A stretch of 64,000 nt of DNA from Candidatus Cloacimonadales bacterium (GCA_963667035.1 OY762964.1:1152001-1216000), one strand, 5' to 3'; shown: positions 18,769 through 30,463, counted from the stretch's first letter. Program-made: numbers and translations. Notes: generated by a model not told the origin, from the letters alone.

Positions 18769-21303
18769 ATGATAAAGAATAGAACAAAGGATTTTAAACT
18801 CAGTAATGGGTTTAAAGTTATCCATACTCAGGATAATAGTCGAGGCATTGTTGCTTTGCAAGTATATATAAAATGCGGTTCGGTATGGGAAACAAAAGAA
18901 GAAGCCGGATACTCGCACTTCACAGAACATTTGGTGTTTAAAAGCACTCAAAGCTATCCGAATAATAGTTTAATGGATATTGCTTCATCATTAGGTGGAG
19001 CAATTAATGCTTATACGGAATATGATTCTACATGTTTTTATGTCACACTTCCTTCAGAGTATATTGAGGAAGGTATAAAAATATTGTCTGAGTTAGTTCA
19101 TTCTGCAAATTTCAATGAGAAAGAGTTTAAATCAGAGAGACAGGTTGTTATTGAAGAGTTAAAACAATATCAAAACGATCCTGAAGAGAACTTTATTGAA
19201 CAGATACCTACTAAATTCTTTAAAACTAATCCTTACAGAAATCCAATAGTAGGAACACTTGAAAGTTTGAAAGAGTCTACTCCTGCTTCATTAAGAGAGT
19301 TTTATAAAAAGCACTATAGACCGAATAACAGTTTCTTGGTTGTTTCAGGTGACTATAAGTTAAAGAACTTGCAATCTATTGTTAATGATTGCTTTGGAAT
19401 GTGGAAGTCTCAAACATTCAAAGATAAACTCATAAATTCGGAAGAATATCCTTTAGGTTTTAAGTATTACTACCTGTCTAGTAAAATTAGAAAGGATATG
19501 GTAGCATTTGTAATCCCTGAACCTTCCGACTTACACCCGGACGCACATTCTCACAATATGACAATGAAAGCTTTTGCTTCAGGTAAAAGTTCTCTGTTAT
19601 GGAAGAGATTGTATCTAAAGGAAAAACTTGTAGATACTGTAAAACTCTATTCATTTAGCGGTAAGATTGATGGATTAGCAGCTATAGTTGTATTTCCAAA
19701 AAAGAATAATGATATTCCACTGATTTATAGAATTATTCTTGAGGAGTTAGCAAAATTAAAACGACATGGCTTGAGTAGTGAATCAATCAGAAAACATCGA
19801 TTAGATTTGGACAACTCCTATAAATATGGATTTGAGTTTGTGGAAAGCTTAAGTTCCAGTTTAGGAAGTGAAGAGATATTAGGTGATTATAAATATCTTT
19901 ATGAATATCCTTTAAAGATTGCTCAAGTTAATTCTGCTACAGTAAACAAGGTTATAAATAATTACATCAATATAGAACATATGCAGATTGTTCACACAGG
20001 AAAACAGAGTGTCGATAACATGGAGTTGGAATCAATTTATCAGGAATTCTATGAGTGGAAAGATGAGTTAGTATCAACCAAGAAGTATGAAGAATTTGAG
20101 CTAGATAATGGGATCACATTACAATTAAAGAAATCTGTAGGTAAACCTACTGTAGGAATAGCAGTAGCCTTTAAGGTATCACAACTAAATGAACCTCTTG
20201 AGCTAAGAGGAATCAATGCTATGACAGTTGCAATGCTTCAATATGGTAATATCAAACGAGATTATGAGACATTATTAGAGTATTGCGTGGAGAACGGTAT
20301 TAGCTTAACCTGCGAGCCTATGGTTGATTGTACTGTTATTAAATCTAAGTGCTTTAATGACCGATTATCTCAAACAGTTTCCCTAATGGCTGATGTACTT
20401 GAAAGTCCTACTTTCCCAATGGAACATATCAAACAGTTTAAAGCTACTTGCTCAAGTGCTTTGGAAAGGATTAAAGATTATCCAGCTTCTATAGCTCATA
20501 AAAAGTTCAAAAAAATGCTACTGGGTGAAACTAGCAGATATGTAAGTAGTTTAGGCGAGAAAAAGAACATAAATTTACTTTCAAGACAGAAAGTAATTGA
20601 TTGGTATGAGAAAAACTATAAGAATACTAAGATAAACATTACAATTGTAGGTGATATAGACTTTGTAGAAGTAAAGCAAATGTTTGAAAAGTATTTTAAG
20701 AACAAGAGGACTAAGGTTGCAAAAGCAAGAAAGCTGGTAAATCCTATCAATAATTTTGGAACTAAGGTAATTGACACAAAGCAATCTCAGGCAGTTATTA
20801 ACTGCGGAGGATTATCTTGTTCATATGCTGAACAGGAACTAAATACTTCTTTCTTTGTTCTATCTCAAATTATTGGTGGAGATATGAATTCTAGACTTTT
20901 TGATTTGTTAAGAGAAGAGCATGGGCTTGCTTATAGTGTTAGTTTTGAGAATTTGTCCTTTTGTGATTTTGGATACTTTAATGTCAATTGTATTACAGAT
21001 AGGGATAGCGACAAATTTGCATTAAAGTTAATCTACGAAACTTTATTGGATATTGCAAATAATGGTGTTACAAATGAAGAGCTACAGATTGCAAAAAATT
21101 ACATTAAAGGGCAAAGATTGATTGGTGAGGAAAGCATGATGGCTCAAGCAAAGATAATTAGTTATCTTAAAGCTTTAGGATATGATTATACATATTATCT
21201 TATGAGAGATAAAAGACTTGAAGATGTAACAATTGAAAGTATAAAAAAAGTTGCTTCATTGTATTTTAAGGAAGGCAATTTTAATACTTTGATTTATAAA
21301 TAG
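18769..21303 (+). CDS. M16 (pitrilysin-family) zinc peptidase
   Basis: HFTEH inverted zincin motif, NAYT, ERQVVIEE, SRLF...REEHGLAY. Confidence 0.92.
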   Translation: MIKNRTKDFKLSNGFKVIHTQDNSRGIVALQVYIKCGSVWETKEEAGYSHFTEHLVFKSTQSYPNNSLMDIASSLGGAINAYTEYDSTCFYVTLPSEYIEEGIKILSELVHSANFNEKEFKSERQVVIEELKQYQNDPEENFIEQIPTKFFKTNPYRNPIVGTLESLKESTPASLREFYKKHYRPNNSFLVVSGDYKLKNLQSIVNDCFGMWKSQTFKDKLINSEEYPLGFKYYYLSSKIRKDMVAFVIPEPSDLHPDAHSHNMTMKAFASGKSSLLWKRLYLKEKLVDTVKLYSFSGKIDGLAAIVVFPKKNNDIPLIYRIILEELAKLKRHGLSSESIRKHRLDLDNSYKYGFEFVESLSSSLGSEEILGDYKYLYEYPLKIAQVNSATVNKVINNYINIEHMQIVHTGKQSVDNMELESIYQEFYEWKDELVSTKKYEEFELDNGITLQLKKSVGKPTVGIAVAFKVSQLNEPLELRGINAMTVAMLQYGNIKRDYETLLEYCVENGISLTCEPMVDCTVIKSKCFNDRLSQTVSLMADVLESPTFPMEHIKQFKATCSSALERIKDYPASIAHKKFKKMLLGETSRYVSSLGEKKNINLLSRQKVIDWYEKNYKNTKINITIVGDIDFVEVKQMFEKYFKNKRTKVAKARKLVNPINNFGTKVIDTKQSQAVINCGGLSCSYAEQELNTSFFVLSQIIGGDMNSRLFDLLREEHGLAYSVSFENLSFCDFGYFNVNCITDRDSDKFALKLIYETLLDIANNGVTNEELQIAKNYIKGQRLIGEESMMAQAKIISYLKALGYDYTYYLMRDKRLEDVTIESIKKVASLYFKEGNFNTLIYK

Positions 21304-21312
21304 GCTTGAAAG

Positions 21313-24135
21313 ATGAAAGAAAATATTATTATTAAAGGTGCTAGTGAACATAATCTAAAGAAGATTGATGTTGTGATACCCAGAAACAAACTAGTAGTTT
21401 TTACCGGTGTTTCGGGATCAGGAAAATCCTCCTTAGCATTTGATACATTGTATGCCGAAGGACAAAGGCGATATGTTGAATCATTATCTGCTTATGCAAG
21501 ACAATTTTTAGGACAGATGGAGAAACCAAAAGTTGATTATATCGAAGGGTTATCTCCTGCAATTTCAATTGAACAGAAAGCCGCTAGTAAGAATCCTCGT
21601 TCAACTGTAGGTACAGTTACTGAAATATATGATTACCTTAGAATTCTTTTTGCTAGAATAGGTGTTCAGCATTGTCCACAATGCGGTAAAGAGATTGGTG
21701 CTCAATCCATAGACCAAATGATTTCTCATGTTATGCAGCATGGTATGAAAACAAAGCTTCAAATTCTTGCTCCATTAGTGCAAAATCGTAAAGGAACTCA
21801 TGCTGAGATTATAGAGGAAGTTAAAAATGAGGGTTTTGCGAGAATAAAAATTAATGGTGTTGTGAGACAATTGGATGAAGAGATAGTTCTGGATAAAAAA
21901 AGTAAGCATACAATAGAAGTAGTAGTCGATAGATTAGTTCTCAAAGAAGGTATAGAAGGTCGTTTAACCGATTCACTTGAGACAGCGTTGAAACTTGCTG
22001 AAGGTGTTGTTAAAATAGATTATGTTGAAGAGAAAAAAGAGGAATTATTATCTGAACAATATGCATGTTCTGATTGCGGAATAGGGTTTGAAGAGTTGTC
22101 TCCTCAACACTTTTCTTTTAATAGCCCTATAGGTGCTTGCCCGGAATGTAACGGATTAGGATATAAGCTTGAAATAGACCCTGAGCTTGTTATCCCGAAT
22201 CCTAAACTTTCGCTTAGGAAAGGTGCTGTTGCTGCTTGGGGACCTTTAGGTAAGAAAACAGATAGTTGGACATACCAACAGATTCTTACCTATGCTAAAG
22301 AGTTAGATTTTTCGTTGGATACTCCCTGGAAAGACTTACCTGCTGTTATTCAAGATTTCCTATTATATGGGAAAAAAAGAAAGAAGTTTAGAGTTAAATG
22401 GGAGCGTAACGGTTCTGTTTATGAGTTTGATTCCAGACATGAAGGAGTTATGAATACTTTATCAAGAAGGATGAAAGAAACTCAGTCAGAGGGTGCCAGA
22501 CGATACTATATGAGATATGTTAGTGATAAACCATGTTCAGTATGCGGAGGAACCAAACTTAAACCTCAAAGTCGTTCTGTATTGATTAATGGAAAGAATA
22601 TAAATGATGTTACTTCTATGACAATTGAAGAAGCTGAGAGTTTTTTCTCAAATTTGGAGTTGGAAGGAAACAGACTGTTAATTGCTGAAGAAGTTTTAAA
22701 AGAAATTAATGCTCGTTTAGGATTCTTAATGTCAGTTGGGCTTCACTATCTTAACTTAGACAGAAGATCTCCAACTTTATCGGGAGGAGAATCTCAAAGA
22801 ATTAGATTAGCAAGTCAGATTGGCTCTCAACTCGTTGGTGTTATGTATATTTTGGATGAGCCAAGTATTGGTCTTCATCAAAGAGACAATGACAGATTAA
22901 TTAACATGCTAACAAAACTAAGAGATTTAGGAAACACTGTTATTGTTGTTGAACATGATGAAGATACTATAAGAACTGCAGATGAAGTAGTAGATTTCGG
23001 GCCTCGTGCCGGTGTTTATGGTGGTAGTATAGTAGCACAAGGTCCTTTGAAGAAATTGCTACTCAGTAAAGAATCATTGACTGGACAGTACTTGAGTGGT
23101 AAGCTTAAAATAGATGTTCCAAAAACTAGAATACAACCCGGTGAACATAAACTAATTGTAAAAGGTGCTAACCATAATAATCTTAAAAATATTGATGTTG
23201 AAATCCCATTAGGAATGTTTGTTTGTATAACCGGTGTTTCCGGTTCAGGTAAAAGCTCACTAGTTAATCAAACTCTTTTCCCTGCTTTAAATAATCATTT
23301 CTATAAGTCATCTCTTAAAATCGGTAAACATGAGGAGATCTTAGGACTTGAGCATATAGACAAGATTATCAGCATAGACCAACAACCAATTGGAAGGACC
23401 CCACGTTCAAATCCTTCAACATACATTAAACTTTTTGACCATATTCGTAATCTTTTTGCTGAGTTACCGGCTTCAAAGATTAGAGGTTACAAACCAGGTA
23501 GGTTCTCATTCAATGTTAAGGGTGGAAGATGTGAGTCATGTCAGGGAGCAGGGGTTAAGCAAATCGAAATGCACTTTCTTTCGGATGTGTTTGTAACTTG
23601 TGAAGTCTGTAAGGGTAAAAGATATAATAACGAGACACTTACAGTAAAGTATAAAGGCTTAAACATTTCCGAAGTATTAGGTTTAGATGTTCAAGAAGCT
23701 ATTGAATACTTCGAGAATTTTCCTGCTATTAAAAGAAAATTACAAACTTTACATGATGTTGGACTGGATTATGTTAAATTAGGACAACCTTCTACAACTC
23801 TTTCCGGGGGAGAAGCTCAAAGAATCAAACTTGCTAAAGAGCTTAGTAAGACAAGTACTGGTAATACGCTGTATGTCTTAGACGAACCGACTACCGGATT
23901 ACATTTTGATGATATCAACAGATTAATGAAAGTTTTGCAGAGACTTGTTGCTATGGGTAACAGTGTTATTGTGATCGAGCATAATATGGACGTTATAAAA
24001 ACAGCTGACTACATAATTGATTTAGGACCTGAGGGAGGAGATGGTGGTGGGACTATTGTCACAACAGGAACTCCTGAAGAAGTTGCTAAGTGTAGAAAAT
24101 CATATACAGGCAAATATTTAAAGAAACATTTATAG
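21313..24135 (+). CDS. uvrA: Excinuclease ABC subunit A
   Basis: Two GVSGSGKSS Walker A motifs, LSGGE, zinc fingers. Confidence 0.98.
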   Translation: MKENIIIKGASEHNLKKIDVVIPRNKLVVFTGVSGSGKSSLAFDTLYAEGQRRYVESLSAYARQFLGQMEKPKVDYIEGLSPAISIEQKAASKNPRSTVGTVTEIYDYLRILFARIGVQHCPQCGKEIGAQSIDQMISHVMQHGMKTKLQILAPLVQNRKGTHAEIIEEVKNEGFARIKINGVVRQLDEEIVLDKKSKHTIEVVVDRLVLKEGIEGRLTDSLETALKLAEGVVKIDYVEEKKEELLSEQYACSDCGIGFEELSPQHFSFNSPIGACPECNGLGYKLEIDPELVIPNPKLSLRKGAVAAWGPLGKKTDSWTYQQILTYAKELDFSLDTPWKDLPAVIQDFLLYGKKRKKFRVKWERNGSVYEFDSRHEGVMNTLSRRMKETQSEGARRYYMRYVSDKPCSVCGGTKLKPQSRSVLINGKNINDVTSMTIEEAESFFSNLELEGNRLLIAEEVLKEINARLGFLMSVGLHYLNLDRRSPTLSGGESQRIRLASQIGSQLVGVMYILDEPSIGLHQRDNDRLINMLTKLRDLGNTVIVVEHDEDTIRTADEVVDFGPRAGVYGGSIVAQGPLKKLLLSKESLTGQYLSGKLKIDVPKTRIQPGEHKLIVKGANHNNLKNIDVEIPLGMFVCITGVSGSGKSSLVNQTLFPALNNHFYKSSLKIGKHEEILGLEHIDKIISIDQQPIGRTPRSNPSTYIKLFDHIRNLFAELPASKIRGYKPGRFSFNVKGGRCESCQGAGVKQIEMHFLSDVFVTCEVCKGKRYNNETLTVKYKGLNISEVLGLDVQEAIEYFENFPAIKRKLQTLHDVGLDYVKLGQPSTTLSGGEAQRIKLAKELSKTSTGNTLYVLDEPTTGLHFDDINRLMKVLQRLVAMGNSVIVIEHNMDVIKTADYIIDLGPEGGDGGGTIVTTGTPEEVAKCRKSYTGKYLKKHL

Positions 24136-24155
24136 ATAAGATTTAGGAGAGATTA

Positions 24156-25103
24156 ATGCTCAGCTTTGTAAAAAAACTTAAGAGTAAACTCGCAAAAACC
24201 AAGAGCAGTTTTGTAGGGAAGATAGCGGAAACCATTAAGCTTCGCGGAAAAGTTGATGAAGAGTTAATGGAGGAACTTGAAGAGATACTCATTCGTTCCG
24301 ATGTTGGTGTTAATATGAGTATTGAGATAATTGAGAAGTTAAGAGAGGAGATTCGTTATCATAAATATACAGACTCGGATGATGTTCTTAATGCTTTGCA
24401 AAAGATAATGGGAGATCTACTCTTAAAGGATTACGAAAATCTGCCAACTCATTTCAATATTGAAAGTAAGAAACCCTTTATTTTTCTCTTTATAGGAGTA
24501 AATGGAGTAGGGAAAACAACCACAATAGGTAAATTGGCCAGTAGATATGCAAAAGAAGGTAAGAAAGTTATGCTTGTGGCCGGCGACACTTTCAGAGCAG
24601 CTGCTATTGAACAGTTAACCATATGGTCAGAGCGTTCGGGTGTTACTATTGTGAAAAGAGAACAAGATGCCGACCCTTCGTCTGTTGTTTATGACGGAAT
24701 TGCCTCAGCAATAAGCAAAAACTATGATATTGTTCTCATAGATACTGCAGGTAGACAGCATAATAAAGTTAATCTTATGAACGAACTCAACAAAATTGAG
24801 CGAACAATTAAGAAGCTTGTACCCGAAGGGCCAACAGAGACAATTCTTGTTGTTGATGCTACTACTGGACAGAATGCAGTAACTCAAGCAAAGACTTTCA
24901 ATAAGGTTGTTGAACTTAGTGGTTTAGCTCTTACAAAGATGGATGGAACTGCTAAAGGCGGTGTAGTTCTTGGTATAAAACATGAGCTTAATATTCCGAT
25001 TAGACTTATTGGCATTGGTGAAGGCATTGATGATTTAAAAGATTTTGATGTAAAAGATTTTGTTGAGGCTATGTTTACTCAGGACAGTAGGGAAGAGGAA
25101 TGA
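24156..25103 (+). CDS. ftsY: SRP receptor FtsY
   Basis: GVNGVGKTT, DTFRAAA, DTAGR, TKMDGTAKGG. Confidence 0.97.
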   Translation: MLSFVKKLKSKLAKTKSSFVGKIAETIKLRGKVDEELMEELEEILIRSDVGVNMSIEIIEKLREEIRYHKYTDSDDVLNALQKIMGDLLLKDYENLPTHFNIESKKPFIFLFIGVNGVGKTTTIGKLASRYAKEGKKVMLVAGDTFRAAAIEQLTIWSERSGVTIVKREQDADPSSVVYDGIASAISKNYDIVLIDTAGRQHNKVNLMNELNKIERTIKKLVPEGPTETILVVDATTGQNAVTQAKTFNKVVELSGLALTKMDGTAKGGVVLGIKHELNIPIRLIGIGEGIDDLKDFDVKDFVEAMFTQDSREEE

Positions 25104-25657
25104 AGAAGTACATTCTGATTTTCTTAACGGTTCTTGCTGTTTCATCTCTTTTTGCTGTTTCCGGATTGAGAGAAAGTATAATACAAGGTCTGGAATCGCA
25201 TAATCTTGATCCCAGACTTATAACGGTCATTATTTCAATGCTTCCGATTATTGAGTTGAGAGGTGCAATACCGGTGGCTATATTGATGTTTGGACTACCT
25301 TGGTACGAAGCAGTAATCTGGGCAATAGTCGGTAATATGATACCTATTCCTATTCTAATATTGTTTATTGGTTGGTTAGACAAAATAGCTCATAAATTGC
25401 CTGTTTTAAGAAGATTCTTGGATTGGTTGTTTACCAGAACAAGAAGAAAAGGTAAGTCTATTGAAGTTTATAAAGAAATCGGATTAACTCTTTTTGTTGC
25501 AGTACCACTACCTGTTACAGGTGCTTGGACAGGAGCTATGGCGTGTTATCTTTTCGGCTTAAAGTTTTGGAAATCAATATTATGTATCCTAGCCGGGGTT
25601 CTGATTGCTTCAGGTATTATGACTGCATTATCTATGGCAGGTACAATAGCACTATAA
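25100..25657 (+). CDS. Small multi-drug export family membrane protein (COG2426-like)
   Basis: SMLPIIELRGAIP and FVAVPLPVTGAWTG. Confidence 0.85.
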   Translation: MKKYILIFLTVLAVSSLFAVSGLRESIIQGLESHNLDPRLITVIISMLPIIELRGAIPVAILMFGLPWYEAVIWAIVGNMIPIPILILFIGWLDKIAHKLPVLRRFLDWLFTRTRRKGKSIEVYKEIGLTLFVAVPLPVTGAWTGAMACYLFGLKFWKSILCILAGVLIASGIMTALSMAGTIAL

Positions 25658-26237
25658 TTCATAGCATACAGCTTAAACAAAACTGACCGGTTAAGTATGA
25701 TATACTACCAGTCAGTTTTTGTTTTTGGATTTATTGAAACATATCCCACTTGATAGCCTTACTAATGGAGTACCAAACCACTGCTCGTACGATTTGTGCA
25801 TGAATTATCCATGGCTAAATCTTGGATTAAACAATGCTTCCACTCAATTACAATAGCATTATGCAAGAATTCAATTAAATGAGAGATAAATAATAGAGAA
25901 ATTATCATAGGATTCTTAGTAAATAAAATCCTATTCAGATAGTATGATTTTCTGCTAATTCAAGGATTTAGTATGAATTTATTGAATAATAATCAGGACA
26001 AAAAAGCGGATATAGGAAGTTATAAGAATATGTTAAGGACTCCATTTGATATTCATGTAATTCATACCTAAAAAAGTTAGGAGATACTGACATTTGTTGT
26101 TAGTGTCACAGATCATAGTAAAAGCTATATTAAATATGAATTTATGGTTGACAATTATATGTAAAACGTCTCATTTGTACAAAATTTCTCAATTAAGAAA
26201 TAAAAATCTAACTTCAACAAAAAACGGAGGTTGATTG

Positions 26238-26603
26238 ATGAAAACCTTAGAAGAATTAAGAAAGATTCGTGAGAAAGCTCAGGCAGATATGAAACTGCGT
26301 GGATCAAACACGAGAGTCAAAGTAATTGTAGGAATGGGAACATCCGGAATCGCCATGGGTGCCCGTGAAGTTATGAAAACTTTCCTTGATGAAGTCGGTA
26401 AACGCAATTTAAGTGATGTTCAAGTAACACAGACCGGAGAAAAAGGTCTTACTTCAATGGAACCTGTTGTAGATATCGTAGAAGATGGAAAGTCTATTGT
26501 AACTTACGGTGAAATGAACCCGGAAAAAGTTTTAAGAGTTATCGAAGAACACATTATCAACGGTAACGTTGTAAATGAATTCGTTGTTACAGTTGATAAA
26601 TAG
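26238..26603 (+). CDS. hndB: HndB-like thioredoxin-fold hydrogenase subunit, cysteine-free
   Basis: KTLEELRKIREKAQ, VGMGTSGIAMGAREV, EPVVDI, EEHIING match HndB/HymB-type subunits, but the protein has no Cys. Confidence 0.8.
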   Translation: MKTLEELRKIREKAQADMKLRGSNTRVKVIVGMGTSGIAMGAREVMKTFLDEVGKRNLSDVQVTQTGEKGLTSMEPVVDIVEDGKSIVTYGEMNPEKVLRVIEEHIINGNVVNEFVVTVDK

Positions 26604-26618
26604 GGTAAAAAAGGAAGA

Positions 26619-27080
26619 ATGTGTATGTACGAAGAAATTTTTGCCAAATATGAACCAACCAAAGACAATTTGATTTACATCCTGCATGATATTCAGGATG
26701 CACATCCTCAACAGTATCTTAGTGAAGATGCTGTACAGAGAGTATCAGAGTATTTGAATGTGCCTGTTAACCATATCTATGGGGTGATTACTTTCTACGG
26801 CATGTATAGTACAAAGCCACGTGGAAAATTCATTGTTCGCCTTTGCGAGTCACCACCATGTTATCTTAAAGGATCAGACAATATCTACAAAAAGCTTAAA
26901 ACCGTTCTTGGTGTAAAAGCCGGAGAAACAACTGCTGACGGAATGTTCACTTTAGAATTCTGTGCATGTTTAGGTGTTTGTGGTAATGCTCCTGTAATGA
27001 TGGTTAATGAAGATGTATACGGTAATTTGACTGAAGATTCAGTAGAAAAGATTATCGAAAAAATCAGAGGAGGCAACTAA
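26619..27080 (+). CDS. hndA: [FeFe]-hydrogenase NuoE-like [2Fe-2S] subunit
   Basis: CESPPC and CLGVC; YGVITFY. Confidence 0.9.
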   Translation: MCMYEEIFAKYEPTKDNLIYILHDIQDAHPQQYLSEDAVQRVSEYLNVPVNHIYGVITFYGMYSTKPRGKFIVRLCESPPCYLKGSDNIYKKLKTVLGVKAGETTADGMFTLEFCACLGVCGNAPVMMVNEDVYGNLTEDSVEKIIEKIRGGN

Positions 27081-28642
27081 TGAAATACTATCGCTCTCAT
27101 GTCCTTATCGGTATCAGTGATACCGCATTAAAAGCCGGAGTGAAAGAATTTGAAACTGCTCTCCGCAATGAGATATCCAACAAAAATCTCCAAGATGAAA
27201 TCAATCTTCTAGAAACAGGTCCGTTAGGATTTTTTGGAAAAGGAATCTGTATGACTGTTTATCCGGAGAATATACAGTATACAAACGTTAAAGTTGAAGA
27301 TATTCCTGAATTGGTAGAAAGCCATTTCCTCAAAGGTCGTCCTCTTAAAAGACTCATGTTTGAAGAGTCTTTGAAAGGTGAAGTTAACTTCAATTATGAT
27401 AACCGTATAGTTTTGAAAAACTCAGGTATCATTGATCCTGAGAATATTGAAGAGTATATCGGAGCCGGTGGATACATGGCTCTTGAAAAAGCTCTTCTTG
27501 AAATGAAACCTACTGACGTTATTGACGTTGTAAAAGCATCAGGTCTTCGTGGACGTGGCGGTGCAGGTTTCCCAACCGGTCTTAAGTGGAGTTTTACTGC
27601 TCCTATCGAAGCTGAACAAAAATTCATCGTTGTTAATGCTGACGAAGGTGAACCCGGAACTTTCAAAGATCGTTTGATTATGGAAGGTGACCCACATATC
27701 CTTCTTGAAGGTATTGCTCTTGCCGCTTATGCTGTTGGTGCTTCAAAAGCCTTCATCTATATCCGTGGTGAATATAAGCTTTGTATTGAAAGACTTAGAA
27801 AAGCTATCCTTCAAGCAAATCAATACGGTTTACTTGGAGACAAAATTTTTGATACAGATTTCAGTTTAGAGATTGACATCAAGGTAGGTGCCGGAGCTTA
27901 TGTCTGCGGAGAAGAAACAGCTCTTATCGAATCACTCGAAGGAAACCGTGGTCATCCTCGTTGGAAACCTCCTTTCCCTGGAGTTGAAGGTGTTTGGCAG
28001 AAACCTACAGTTGTAAACAACGTAGAAACTCTTTCAAACGTACCATTCATCATTAAGAATGGTGCTGAAGCTTATCTTGCTCATGGACCTGCTAAGAGTT
28101 CAGGAACTAAGGTTTACACACTAATGGGCGATATTGCTCGTCCGGGTCTTTGTGAAGTTGATATGGGAACACCATTACGTACTATCATTAATGAGTTTGG
28201 TGGCGGAATGAAGAAAGGTATCAAATTCAAAGCTGCTCTTGTTGGTGGTGCTGCAGGTGTATTCCTTTCAGATCGCCTTCTTGATGTTAATATGGATTTT
28301 GAAAGTCTCAAAGAATATGCTGCGGTTTTAGGTTCAGGAGCTGTTCTTGTGATGAATGAAAATACAGACATAGTTGATATGCTTTGGTCTGTTCTTCGTT
28401 TCTTCAGACACGAATCATGTGGAAAGTGTTCTCCATGTAAATTAGGTACAGCCCTTCTTTATGACTTAATCACTAAGATTAAGAAAGGTGAAGGAACAAT
28501 GGCAGATCTTGATCAAATGGTATCTATAGCAGATATGATGCAGAAAACATCTTTCTGTGCCTTAGGTCAATCTCCTATCATGCCTATAAAGAGTGCACTA
28601 GATAATTTCCGCTACGAATTTGAAGCAAGATTAAATAAATAG
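27080..28642 (+). CDS. hndC: [FeFe]-hydrogenase NuoF-like FMN/NADH-binding subunit (short form)
   Basis: GRGGAGFPTG, NADEGEPGTFKDR, GAYVCGEET, ESCGKCSPC...CALG; no C-terminal 2[4Fe-4S] domain. Confidence 0.92.
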   Translation: MKYYRSHVLIGISDTALKAGVKEFETALRNEISNKNLQDEINLLETGPLGFFGKGICMTVYPENIQYTNVKVEDIPELVESHFLKGRPLKRLMFEESLKGEVNFNYDNRIVLKNSGIIDPENIEEYIGAGGYMALEKALLEMKPTDVIDVVKASGLRGRGGAGFPTGLKWSFTAPIEAEQKFIVVNADEGEPGTFKDRLIMEGDPHILLEGIALAAYAVGASKAFIYIRGEYKLCIERLRKAILQANQYGLLGDKIFDTDFSLEIDIKVGAGAYVCGEETALIESLEGNRGHPRWKPPFPGVEGVWQKPTVVNNVETLSNVPFIIKNGAEAYLAHGPAKSSGTKVYTLMGDIARPGLCEVDMGTPLRTIINEFGGGMKKGIKFKAALVGGAAGVFLSDRLLDVNMDFESLKEYAAVLGSGAVLVMNENTDIVDMLWSVLRFFRHESCGKCSPCKLGTALLYDLITKIKKGEGTMADLDQMVSIADMMQKTSFCALGQSPIMPIKSALDNFRYEFEARLNK

Positions 28643-28659
28643 ATTATGGAGGAAAAGTA

Positions 28660-30441
28660 ATGGCTAATATGGTAAAAGCCTGGATTGACGGTATTCAAGT
28701 AGAAGTAGAACAGGGAACTACTATAATTGATGCTGCTGCTAAAGCAGGTGTAGCTGTCCCTAAATTATGCTACCATCCTGACTTACCACCTACAGCTAAT
28801 TGTGGTGTATGTGTTGTTGAGATTGAGAATTCTCCTCTCAAAAGAGCATGTTGCACTCCACTTGCTGAAGGAATGAAAATCAAAACAAACTCAAAGAAAC
28901 TCAGAGATTATCGTAAGACTCTCGTAGAGTTAATTCTTGCTAATCACGAAGTTGTATGCCCTACTTGTGAAGCAAATAACAAATGTGACTTACAGTCTCT
29001 TGCTAATAATCTTCACTGTGATATGCACAATATTCCAAACATGCAGAAAAAACGTTCTGTTGATGAAGCTAGTCCTTCAATAGTTAGAGACATGAACAAA
29101 TGTATTGCTTGTGGTCGTTGTGTAACAGTATGTAACGATATCCAGCAAGTTTATGCATTAACATTCTCAGAACGCGGTTTCAAGAGTGTTGTTACAACTG
29201 CCTTTGATAAAGGTATGGCTGACAGCCCATGTGTAAACTGTGGTCAATGTACTGTTTATTGTCCTACCGGTGCTCTTCGTGAAAAGAATGACATCGATAA
29301 GGTTTGGGATGCTATTCTTGATCCTACCAAACATGTTATCGTTCAGGAAGCTCCATCAATCCGTGTTGCTCTTGCAGAAGAATTCGGAATGGAACCCGGA
29401 CTTGCTACTCCCGGTAAAATGTATGCAGCTCTTAAAGCTATTGGTTTTGATTCTGTTATGGATACAAATTTCACTGCTGACCTCACTATCCTTGAAGAAG
29501 GAACTGAGCTTGTAAACAGAGTTAAAGAGGGTGGACCACTTCCTTTAATCACTTCCTGTTCTCCGGGTTGGGTTAAATTTATGGAAACTTACTACCCTCA
29601 CTTAGCTTCAAACGTTTCTACTGCAAAATCACCAATGTCTATGTTTGGTGCTCTTGCTAAAACATATTATGCTGAAACAAATAATATCGATCCGGCTACT
29701 ATCGTTAGCGTTGCTGTAATGCCATGTACAGCTAAGAAATTCGAAGCTCAGCGTCCTGAACTTAGTGACTCAGGTTATCAAGATACTGATTATGTTCTTA
29801 CAACTAGAGAATTTATTAGAATGATTAACGAATGTGGTATTGATTTCAAGAACGTTGAGCCTATCAATGCTGATGAAGGTATGAGCTTCTACACCGGTGC
29901 AGGTACTATTTTTGGTGCTACCGGTGGTGTTATGGAAGCTGCTCTTCGCTCTGCTTGGTACCTTATAACTGGTAATGAGCTTGAAAATGTTGAAATAGCT
30001 GCTGTTCGTGGTATGGAAGGAGTTAAAGAAGTAACAATTAACATCCCGGGACTTGGTGATGTTAAATTTGCAGTTGCTCATGGACTCGGAAATGCTAGAA
30101 AAATCATGGATAAAGTTTCACAACAACTTGCTGAAACAGGTAAATCAGAATATACATTTATTGAGATTATGGCATGTAATGGCGGTTGTGTAGGTGGCGG
30201 TGGTCAGCCATTCGGTTCTGACATTGCTCGTCGTGCACGTCGTGGCTTAGGTCTTTATGAAGAGGATAAAAACCTTCCTAACCGTCGCTCACATGAGAAT
30301 CCTGAAGTTGCTAAGTTGTATGAAACTTACATAACTGAAGGACCTTGCTCAGCTAAGTCTCATAAGCTTCTTCATACTAACTACTTCCAACGCTCAGTCT
30401 ATAGTGGTGAAGCAGTTAAAGAAGCTACACATAAACATTAA
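28660..30441 (+). CDS. hndD: Group A [FeFe]-hydrogenase catalytic subunit
   Basis: H-cluster motifs TSCSPGW, MPCTAKKFE, EIMACNGGCVGGGGQP; N-terminal [2Fe-2S], His-ligated and two [4Fe-4S] motifs. Confidence 0.95.
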   Translation: MANMVKAWIDGIQVEVEQGTTIIDAAAKAGVAVPKLCYHPDLPPTANCGVCVVEIENSPLKRACCTPLAEGMKIKTNSKKLRDYRKTLVELILANHEVVCPTCEANNKCDLQSLANNLHCDMHNIPNMQKKRSVDEASPSIVRDMNKCIACGRCVTVCNDIQQVYALTFSERGFKSVVTTAFDKGMADSPCVNCGQCTVYCPTGALREKNDIDKVWDAILDPTKHVIVQEAPSIRVALAEEFGMEPGLATPGKMYAALKAIGFDSVMDTNFTADLTILEEGTELVNRVKEGGPLPLITSCSPGWVKFMETYYPHLASNVSTAKSPMSMFGALAKTYYAETNNIDPATIVSVAVMPCTAKKFEAQRPELSDSGYQDTDYVLTTREFIRMINECGIDFKNVEPINADEGMSFYTGAGTIFGATGGVMEAALRSAWYLITGNELENVEIAAVRGMEGVKEVTINIPGLGDVKFAVAHGLGNARKIMDKVSQQLAETGKSEYTFIEIMACNGGCVGGGGQPFGSDIARRARRGLGLYEEDKNLPNRRSHENPEVAKLYETYITEGPCSAKSHKLLHTNYFQRSVYSGEAVKEATHKH

Positions 30442-30463
30442 TCAATAACTGATTATAGATGAT

